Shown piece after piece: positions 30,001-38,920 of a stretch of DNA of 40,562 bases; the first letter of the stretch is position 1, and each line of letters begins with the position of its first letter. The notes beneath the pieces were generated by a model that was given only the letters and a program-made list of their open reading frames with translations, did not search any database and was not told the origin of the DNA. Source of the stretch: Chiloscyllium plagiosum (taxonomy: Eukaryota). The position numbers and the translations under genes were made by a program. The DNA lies in assembly GCF_004010195.1 (NCBI RefSeq), contig NW_025214231.1, positions 1 through 40,562 of the forward strand, in the 5' to 3' direction.

Positions 30001-33000
30001 AGTGGTCGTGAGTGTGTAACGTGGTTCACACTGTCACAGTGAGTGAGAGTGTGTAATGTGGCTCACAATGTCACAGTGAGCGAGAGTGTGTAATTTCACC
30101 CACACTGTCACAGTGAGTGAGAGTGTGTAATGTGGCTCACACTGTTACAATGGGTGAGAGTGTGTAATGCGGCCCACGCTGTCAACGTGAGCGAGGATGT
30201 GTAATGTGACTCACACTATCACAATGAATGACAGAGTGTAATGTGACTCAGACTGTCACAGTGAGAAACAGAGTGTAATGTAGCTCACACTGTCACAGTG
30301 AGCGAGAGTGTGTAATGTACCTCTCACAATGTCACAGTGAGCTAGAGTGTTTAATGTGGCCCACACTATCATAGTGAGTGAGAGTGTGTAATGTGGCTCA
30401 CACTGTTACAGTGCGTGAGAGTGTGTAATGCGGCCCACACTATCAATGTGAGCGAGGGTGTGTAATGTGACGCACACTATCACAATGAATGACAGAGTGT
30501 AATGTGACTCAGACTGTCACAGTGAGAAACAGAGTGTAATGTGGCTCACACTGTTACATTGAGCGAGAGTGTGTAATGTGGTTCACACTGTCACAATGCG
30601 TGAGAGTGTGTAATTTGGCTCACAGTGTCACAGTGAGCGGGAGTGTGTAATGTAGATCACTCTGTCACTGCGAGCGAGAGTGTGTAATGTGACCCAGACT
30701 GTCGCAGTGAGTGAGAGTGTGTAATGTCGCCCACACTGTCAAAGTGAGCAAGAGTGTGTGATACGACTCGCACTGTCACAGTAAGCGAGAATGTGTTATG
30801 TGGCTCTCACTGTGACAGTGAGCGACAGTGTGTAATGTAGCTCTCACGGTCACAGTGAGCTAGAGTTTTTAATGTGGCTCCCATAATCACAGTGAGTGAG
30901 AGTGTTTAATGTGGCCCACACTATCATAGTGAGTGAGATTGTGTAATGTGGCTCACACTGTTACAGTGCGTGAGAGTGTGTAATGCGGCCCACACTATCA
31001 ATGTAAACGAGAGTGTGTAATGTGACTCACTATCACAATGAGCGATAGAGTATAATGTGACTCAGACTGTCACAGTGAGAAACAGAGTGTAATGTAGCTC
31101 ACACTGTCACAGTGAGCGAGAGTGTGTAATGTGGTTCACGCTGTCACAGTGAGTGAGAGTGTGTAATGTGGCTCGCACTGTTACAGTGGGTGAGAGTGTG
31201 TAATGCGGCCGACGCTGTCAATGTGAGCGAGAGTGTGTAATGTGGTTCACGCTGTCACAGTGACCGTGAGTGTGTGTAATGTGGCCCACACTGTCACAGT
31301 GAGACAGGGTGTGTAATGTGGCCCACACTTGTCACAGTGACCGCGAGTGTGCAATGTGGCTCACGCTGTCACAGTGACCGTGAGTGTGTGTAATGTGGCT
31401 CACATTGTCACAGTGAGCGAGAGTGTGTAATGTTGCCCACACTGTCACAGTGAGCAAGAGTGTGTAATGTGGCCAACACTGTCACAGTGCGAGAGGGTGT
31501 ATAACGTGGCCCACACTGTCACAGTGACCGCGAGTGTGCAATGTGGCTCATGCTGTCACAGTGACCGTGAGTGTGTGTAATGTGGCTCACACTGTCACAG
31601 TAAGCAAGAGTGTGTAATGTGGCCCTCACTGTCACATGAGCGACAGTGTGTAATGTGGCCCTCACTGTCACAGTGACCGCGAGAGTGTAATGTGACACAG
31701 ACTGTGTCAGTGAGCGAGGGTGTGTAATGTGGCCCACACTATCATAGTGAGTGAGAGTGGTAATGTGGCTCACAATGTCACAGCGGGTGAGAGAGTGTAA
31801 TGTAGCTCACACTGTCACAGTGAGCGAGAGAGTGTAATGTGGCTCATACTGTCACTGTGTGCGAGAGTGTGTAATGTGGCTCACACTGTCACAGTGAGCG
31901 AGAGTGTGTAATATGACTCACACTGTCACATTGTGCGAGAGTGTGTAATGTACCTCTCACAATGTCACAGTGAGCTAGAGTGTGTAATGCGGCCCACACT
32001 ATCAATGTGAGCGAGAGTGTGTAATGTGACTCACACTGTCACAATGAATGACAGAGTGTAATGTGACTCAGACTGTCACAGTGAGAAACAGAGTGTAATG
32101 TAGCTCACACTGTCACAGTGAGCGAGAGTGTATAATGTGGTTCACACTGTCACAGTGAGTGAGAGTGTGTAATTTCACCCACACTGTCACAGTGAGTGAG
32201 AGTGTGTAATGTGGCTCATACTGTTACAGTGGGTGAGAGTGTGTAATGCGGCCCATGCTGTCAATGTGAGACAGAGTGTGTAATGTGGCTCACACTGTGA
32301 CAGTGAGCGAAAGTGTGTAATGTAGCTCTCATTGTTACAGTGAGCGAGAGTTTTTAATGTGGCCCACACTATCACAGTGAGTCAGAGTGTGTAATGTGGT
32401 CACACTGTCACAGTGAGCGAGAGTGCGAAATGTGGTCACAATGTCACAGTGAGTGAGTGTGTAACGTGGATCACACTGTCACAGTAAAGTGTGAGTGTGT
32501 AATGTGGTCACACTGTCACAGTGAGTGAGTGTGTAACGTGGATCACACTGTCACAGTGAGTGAGAGTGTGTAATGTGGTCACACTGTCACAGTGAGTGAG
32601 TGTGTAATGTGGATCACACTGTCACAGTGAGCGAGAGTGCGTAATGTGGCTCACACTGTCGCAGTGAGTGACAGTGTGTAATGTAGCTCACATTGTCACA
32701 GTGATCGAGAGAGTGTAATGTAGATCACACTGTCACAGTGATCGAGAGTGTGTAATGCGACTCACACTGTCACAGTGAGTGAGAGTGTGTAATGTGGCTC
32801 ACACTGTCACAGTGAGCGAGAGTGTGTAACATGGTTAACACTGTCACAGTGTGCAAGAGTGTATAATGTGGCCCACACTGTCACAGTGACCGTGAGTATG
32901 TAATGTGGTTCACACTACCACAGTGAGTGCGAGTGTGTAATGTGGCCCACACTGTCACAGTGAGTGAGAGTGTGTAATGTGGCTCACACTGACACAGTGA

Positions 33001-34301
33001 CCGCGAGTGTGTGTAATGTGGCTCACACTATCACAGTGAGCAAGGGTGTGTAATGTGGCCCACACTGTCACAGTGAGCGACAGTGTGTAATGTGGCTCAC
33101 ACTGACACAGTGAGCGACAGTGTGTAATGTGGCTCACATTTTCAGTGAGTGAGAGTATGTAATGTGACTCACACTGTCACAGTGAGCGAGAGTGTGTAAT
33201 GTGGCCCACACTATCATAGTGAGTGAGAATGTTTAATTTGAGCCTTGCTGTCACACTGAACGAGAGTGTGTAATGTCGCCCACACTGTCTTTGTGTGCCA
33301 GATTGTGTAACGTGTCTCACACTACCACAGAGAGAGAGAGCGTGTAATGTGGCACACACTGTCAAAGTCGGTGAGAGTGTGTATTGTGAATCACGCTGTT
33401 ATTGTGAGCGAGAATGTGTCATGTGATACACTGTCACAGTGATCGAGAGTGTGTAATGTAACTCACACTGTCACAGTGAGTGTGTGTGTGTGTAATGTGG
33501 TTCATACTGTGACAGTGTCCGGGAGTGTGTAATGTGCATACGGTCACAGTGACCGCGAGTGTGTAATGTGGCTCACACTGTCACAGTGACCGCGAGTGTG
33601 TAATGTGGCTCACACTGTCACAGTGACCACGACTGTGTGTAATGTGGCTCACACTGTCACAGTGAGTGAGAGTGTGTAATGTGGCACACACTGTCACAGT
33701 GGGCAAGAGTGTGTATTGCGGCCCACACTGTCAAATTGAGCCAGAGCATGTAATGTGACTCAAACTGTCACAGTGAGCGAGAGTGTGTAATGTGGCACAC
33801 ACTGTCACAGTGAGCGAGAGTGTGTAATGTGGCTCACATTTTCACAGTGAGCGAGAGTGTGTAATGTGCCCCACACAACATAGTGAGCGAGAGTGTGTAA
33901 TATGGTTCATACTGTGACAGTTTCCGAGAGTGTGTAATGTGGCCCACACTGTCACAGTGAGTGAATGTGTGTAATGGGGCTCACACTGTCACGGTGATCA
34001 GCAGAGTGAAATGTGGCTCACGCTGTCTCAGTGACCACGAGTGTGTGTAATGTGGCTCACGCTGTCACAGTGAGCGAGGGTGTGCAATGTGGCTCATGCT
34101 GTCACAGTGACCGCGGGTGTGTGTAATGTGGCTCACGCTGTCACAGTGACCGCGAGTGTGTAATGTAGCTCACGCTGTCACAGGGAGTGAGAGTGTGTAA
34201 TGTGGCTCCCGCTGTCACAGTGAGCGAGGGTGTGCAATGATTTTCACCCTGTCACATTGACCGCGAGTGTGTATTGTGGCTCACACTGTCATTGTGTAAT
34301 G
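1..34301. repeat. 37-bp tandem satellite array (~920 units, continues beyond the left edge of the window)
   Basis: TAATG anchors recur at 37-bp spacing (e.g. 109, 146, 183). Consensus GTGTAATGTGGCTCACACTGTCACAGTGAGCGAGAGT keeps one orientation throughout. The last recognisable unit ends at ...tcacactgtcattgtgtaatg (~34301). Unit count is estimated as length/37. Confidence 0.98.
14563..14854. other. Assembly gap (292 N) inside the satellite
   Basis: Run of N with satellite units in the same orientation on both sides. Confidence 0.99.
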
Positions 34302-34305
34302 CCTC

Positions 34306-34637
34306 GTCATCAACGTTGAATTCACTAGTTTCCAAATCTCCCAATGACCCACCTCATCCCAGATCCATCCCTCCCTATTGGCACCACCTCTTGAACTTTC
34401 CTACATGTCCATCATCCTCCCCTCATTTCAGCCCCACTCTGCCGAATGAGCTATCAATATCATCTTCTCCCTGCATCCACCCGTTTCCATGCCATCTATA
34501 ACCCTGCCCCACCACTCCCCCAGCCTCCTGTTTATCTGATATTCCCCCTTCCCCAGCCCCTGCTACACATTCCTGATGAAGGGCTAATGCCTGAACCATT
34601 GATGCTCCTACACTCTGTGCTTTTCCAGCACCATACA
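34306..34637 (+). mobile_element. Penelope-like element (PLE) 3' remnant: ORF C-terminus, C-rich 3' UTR and terminal repeat with decayed hammerhead motif
   Basis: 34306 onward reads V-I-N-V-E-F-T-S-F-Q-I-S-Q-stop, like the 'GxNxEF' end of PLE GIY-YIG ORFs. A pyrimidine-rich tract follows, then CTGATGAAGGGCTAATGCCTGAAC (34573-34596) and TGTGCTTTTCCAGCACCA, both homologous to the reverse complement of 38793-38920. Confidence 0.7.
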
Positions 34638-35505
34638 TCATGACACCTCCCTTGACTAGGAAGGACTTGATCGTGGACCTCCTGTTTGAGAAATATTGTC
34701 ACTTTGTATCTCAGTGGACGCAATTTAAGATACTGCCATCTCCAGTGCAGAACACCACCACGCCTGTGGGAGATCCCTGAGGACTCTGGGACAGGGGTTC
34801 AGGTGCAGAAACCTGGAACTGTTAAAATCTAGCTATGGCTTCCAAACAAACCCAGGAATGGCTGTTCGTGTACAATTCCCTGAAATGCAATGCAAATTCA
34901 GAAGTAGTGGAAAGAACACACCATGGAAATGGAAGACTGAAGCAGGAAACTCTAAAGCAATGATCAAGTGACACTGAGCTTTGGTTTTAGCCTGATCGAG
35001 CTGACATCATGAGGATGAAATCTCTCCCCTCAACGAGGATGAGAATGTGAATGGTGTGAATCATCAACTTCAACTTGTGAGCATCCTGCTCTGTCTGTGC
35101 TTCTTCAACATGCTCGAGATTCCAACCTCGTACAAGCGTGATTCAGTGAGAAGGCTTCCTGTTAGCATCTCCAGATCAGGAAGCACATGCAGTCAATGCA
35201 GCTCAGTCAACGTCATCTATCTCCTGAGGAAGATTGGCGGGAGAATTTGGCAATCAAAGGTGCGGAGGGGCCAATATACTTTGAAGCTTAGACCAAAAAA
35301 GGATGATTTCATTTCACAATAAGGCATTGTTATGACACAGCAGTGAACCCTTCTGTTAATTCAATTAAACACCCAGAAAAGCTCACCTTGCCTCGTAATC
35401 TGTTAAACTATGAGTGACAGAGAACTCCTAAATTCCATTTTTCAACAAAAATACCTCATATACTCAAATAATGGTTGAATTTTTTGACTACTTTTTAAGG
35501 TTAAA

Positions 35506-35546
35506 TTTTTTTTCTCTCTCTCTCTCTCTCTCCCTCTCCCTCCCCC
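35506..35546. repeat. T-tract plus (TC)n microsatellite / polypyrimidine tract
   Basis: T8 overlapping ~10 TC units, followed by CCTCTCCCTCCCCC. Confidence 0.9.
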
Positions 35547-35803
35547 AGGTTTGGGTCCAGCCTCAGGTGACTGTCTGTATGAAGTTTGTACATTCTCCCC
35601 ATGTCTGTGTGGGTTTCCTCCCACAATCCAAGGATGTGCAGGTCAGGTGGATTGGCTGTGCTAAATTGCCTTAGGGTTAGGTTCATTAGTCAGGGCTAAA
35701 TATAGGGTAGGGGACTAGGTTGGTTTGGGATCCACTTCGGAGGCTCGGTGTGGACTTGTTGGGCCAAATGGCCTGTTTCTATACAGGTAGAGAATCTAAT
35801 CTA
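35546..35803 (+). mobile_element. 5'-truncated, diverged HE1-like V-SINE
   Basis: Aligns by eye to 35930-36200 (GCCTCAGG...GTTTGxACxTTCTCCCCxTGTCTGxGTGGGTTTCC...GCTAAATTGCC...TCGGTGTGGACTTGTTGGG). It ends in AATCTAATCTA and has an internal deletion between two GGTTTCC direct repeats. Confidence 0.85.
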
Positions 35804-35876
35804 TGATCAGCCATGAGCTTGTTCAGTGGCAGTTCAGGTTCCTGAGGTCAGGTCCTACTGCTAAGTTCTATTTTCT

Positions 35877-36222
35877 GGGCGGCACGGTGGCCCGGTGGTT
35901 AGCACTGCTGCCTCACAGCGCCAGAGACCCGGGTTCATTTCCCGCCTCAGGCAACTCTCTGTGTGGAGTTTGCACGTTCTCCCCGTGTCTGCGTGGGTTT
36001 CCACCGGGTGCTCCGGTTTCCTCCCACAATCTAAAAAGAAAATGTGCAGGTTGTGTGGGTGAATTGGCCACGCTAAATTGCCGGTAGTGTTAGGTGAAGG
36101 GGTAAATGTGGGGGAATGGGTCTGGGTGGGTTGCGCTTCGGGCGGTCGGTGTGGACTTGTTGGGTCGAAGGGCCGGTTTCCACACTATAATCTAATCTAA
36201 TCTAATCTAATCTAATCTAATC
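35877..36222 (+). mobile_element. Full-length tRNA-derived V-SINE, HE1-like (elasmobranch)
   Basis: GGGCGGCACGG head; Pol III A box TGGCCCGGTGG (35888-35898); B box GGTTCATTTCC (35932-35942); V-domain GGAGTTTGCACGTTCTCCCCGTGTCTGCGTGGGTTTCCxCCGGGTGCTCCGGTTTCCTCCCACA; CR1-like 3' tail and (TAATC)7. Confidence 0.92.
36188..36222 (+). repeat. (TAATC)7 SINE tail microsatellite
   Basis: Seven perfect pentamers, followed by TT and A8. Confidence 0.95.
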
Positions 36223-37573
36223 TTAAAAAAAACAGAGACCCCGAGGAATCTATCCATAACAACAGACAAAAACCATGGCAACAAAGGCTCAGGGGAGTTT
36301 AATGTTTCTTCATGTAGATGGGCAGATAATTTGAGAATGTCAACTGCAGTGGTGACTCGAGCATTGGATTGCCAGATCAGAAATATCCGGGGAGACAGGA
36401 TGTGAGCAGACAGCTTCAGTTGAAGAGCTCTGATGGGCTGATTGGCTTCATTCTGTGCTGCAATGCATCCAACATTCGAGGTGGGGAGGCCATTGACAGA
36501 TTGCAATCGAGAGACAGAGACTGGAGGCCGGAGGCAAGGAAAACGAGTGTGGACTATGCCAGCAGTGGCACCCTAGATTGTGTTAACTGTCTTGTAACTC
36601 ACTCGTCGTGATCCATTATTGCATATTAGGTGCAAAATCAAAATGTTAGCACTGAATGCATGGAAATTAATAGCAGTCTTGAACCCTGTGGAGTGACAGT
36701 GCCTGATGAACAGCCTAAAACCACCAATGCAGAAAGCCTCTTTTCCACCCTCCTCCTTGCTGGCTCGAGTCATTTATGTGCAGCAGGTAAATTTAAATCA
36801 ATTCTTAATTCAAATTAAATCTGAATTTTAAAAGCTCTGTATTAATAGGGTTTTAGTCAGCATCTTTTAACTTGTTCCCTTAATTACATTACTTGTCCAA
36901 TGTCATTAGAGATATCTGAGGAAAGCCATTTAATTATGCCCACATAAACAGGCACTGTCTTTAGGTTATGCCAAAAACTCTCACTTGTCGGTTAATACTT
37001 AAGAGCAGTCAATGATAATGAGCTGATTTCTTCCACTTATAATTAACTACAAGCAGAATGAAGCTGGAAAGGACATAGTTTAATGTATCAGTCTTGGTGA
37101 TGCAAATTAAATGGTTTAAGGAGAGTTCCCTGCTGGGACCAGCACTAAAGAGAGATACTGCACAAATTCTTCACATGTCACTCTAGGGTTCTGTTTACAA
37201 ATTGTACAAGCAGACTCACTAAATACACACATCATGGCACTCTCTTAAAGGAACTGTTATCGGCCCAGGGAGGACAATTCTCAGTGATAGTGGTGTTACC
37301 TTATTGCTCACTGCACTAAACTTTGACGTAACCTTACACCTCCTCCCACCATCCCCTGCCCCCACCACCACATTCTAATTTTGTTTGCTTTCACATCCGC
37401 TCCCCCTCCTCCATGTGAGTTTTTCACATTCCTCCCGTGACAGCTCACTGGATTAAATGTTCCACGAGTGCGACTTGAATATAGAATCTACACTCTAGTG
37501 TAGCACCCAAGGGAGTGGTAAGGTGTCAGTGTGGCTTCTGTGCTCAGGTCTCCTGGACTTCAAAGCTTTGAAT

Positions 37574-37668
37574 GCAAGATCAGGGTAGGACTTATACATT
37601 TAATGGTAAGGTCCTAGGGAGTGTTTCTGAACAAAGAGACCTTGGACTGTAGGTTCATAGTTTCTTGC
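37574..37668 (+). mobile_element. Inverted piece of CR1 ORF2 (sequence immediately following HFGKA)
   Basis: The plus strand reads QGRTYTFNGKVLGSVSEQRDLGL*VHSFL, the canonical CR1 continuation after 'KCEVLHFG'. Confidence 0.8.
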
Positions 37669-38680
37669 CTTTCCAAAATGTAGCACCTCACATTTATCTA
37701 AATTAAACTCCATTTGCCACGCCTTGGCCCAATGACCCATCTGATCAAGATCCTGCTGTAATCTGAGGTAACCTTCTTCGCTGTCCACTACATCTCCAAT
37801 TTTGGTGTCATCTGCAACTTATTAACTATAACTTTTACGTTCATATCCAAAACATTTATGTAAATGATGAGAGGCAGTGGACCCAGCACTGAACCTTGTG
37901 GCACACCACTGGTCACAGGCCTCCAGTCTGAAAAAACAACCCTCCGTTACCACCTTCTGTCTTCTACCTTTGAGCCAGTTCCAAATGGCTAGTTCTCCCT
38001 GTATTCCATGAGATCTAATCTTGCTAACCAGTCTACCACGAGGACCCTTGTCGAACGCCTTACTGAAGTTCATACAGATCACGTTCACCGCTCTACCCTT
38101 ATTAATTCTCTTTGTTATTTCTTCAAAAAACTCAATTAAATTAGTGAGACATGATTTCCGATGCACAAGCCACGTTGAGTATCCCTAACTAGTACTGCCT
38201 TTCCAAATACATGTAAATCCTGTCCCTCAGGATTACCTTCAACAACATGCCCACCACAGATGTAAGGCTCACCAGTCCATAGTTCCCTGGCTTGTCCTTA
38301 CCACCCTTCTTAAAGAGTGGCACCAACCTCCAGTCTCCTGGCACCTCACCTGTGACTATCGATGATACAAATATCTTAGCAAGAGGCCCAGCAATCACTT
38401 TGTTAGTCTCCCACAGAGTTCTAGGGTACACCTGATCAGATCCTGGAGATTTATTCGCCTTTAATCATTTTAAGCTGTCCAGCCCCTCCTCCTCTGTAAT
38501 ATGAGCATTTTCCAAGATGTCGCTATTTATTTCCCCACAATCTATAGCTTCCATATCCTTCTCCACAGTAAACACTGAAACAAAATACTTGTTTGGTATC
38601 TCTGCCATCTGCGTTTTGACATGTAGGCAGTGTTGTTGACCTTTGAGGGGTCTTATTCTCTCCCTAGTTGCCCTTTTGTC
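37668..38680 (-). mobile_element. CR1-clade (HER1-like) LINE ORF2 reverse transcriptase remnant, frameshifted
   Basis: ORF pieces contain KRATRERIRPLK, IAGPLAKIF...TGEVPGDWR..VPLFKKGGKDKPGNY..VSLTSVVG, KSCLTNLIEFFEE...MNFSKAFDK, ADDTK (~37801-37815) and LQQDLDQ...WQMEFNLDKCEVLHFGK. Multiple frameshifts are present. Confidence 0.95.
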
Positions 38681-38792
38681 CCAGAGGGTCATACAGCACA
38701 GAAATAACCCCTTCAGTCCAACTAATCCATGCCTACTACAATCCAAAACCGAACTAGTCCCACCTCTCTGCACTTGGCCCATATCCCTCCAA

Positions 38793-38920
38793 TGAGAAAG
38801 TGAGGGCTGCAGATGCTGGAGATCAGAGCTGAAAATGTGTTGCTGGAAAAGCGCAGCAGGTCAGGCAGCATCCAAGGAACAGGAGAATCGACGTTTCGGG
38901 CATAAGCCCTTCTTCAGGAA
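38793..38920 (-). mobile_element. Short, well-preserved Penelope-type terminal-repeat insert carrying a minimal hammerhead motif
   Basis: Minus strand: TTCCTGAAGAAGGGCTTATGCCCGAAACGTCGATTCTCCTG...GCTTTTCCAGCAACAC...CTCCAGCATCTGCAGCCCTCACTTTCTC. It is the same family as 34570-34637 and is flanked by a TATCCCTCCAA duplication. Confidence 0.75.
38886..38920 (-). ncRNA. Minimal type I hammerhead ribozyme-like motif
   Basis: CUGAAGA-A-GGGC/UUAU/GCCC-GAAAC-GUC: both conserved boxes, a 4-bp helix II and a GUC cleavage triplet. Helix III is possible only through the ACGU palindrome (dimer), and helix I is only about 2 bp. Confidence 0.6.

Noticed and set aside
1484..33365. His/Thr/Cys-rich ORFs in the satellite (zinc-finger or metal-binding look)
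   Set aside because: 37 is not a multiple of 3. The consensus minus strand gives two TGA stops per three units, so ORFs appear only where those are mutated. There is no C2H2 spacing and no gene structure.
1..34301. CRISPR-like array (37-bp palindromic repeat)
   Set aside because: Units are contiguous with no unique spacers, there are no cas genes, and the context is vertebrate.
35328..35460. Possible LTR end starting TGTTATGACAC
   Set aside because: No partner end, PBS/PPT or target duplication is visible. A repeat-library search is needed.
35671..35681. TTAGGGTTAGG telomere-like motif
   Set aside because: Fewer than two units and inside a SINE body.
35877..35950. tRNA gene
   Set aside because: The A/B boxes belong to the SINE head, which continues into the V-domain.
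34274..36611. Short ORFs (34274-34723, 35047-35322, 35442-36087, 36207-36611)
   Set aside because: Most overlap PLE/SINE sequence, and the rest lack recognisable domains or coherent splice signals.
37472..37563. Faint DeuSINE-like fragments in opposite orientations
   Set aside because: Too short and diverged to support by eye.
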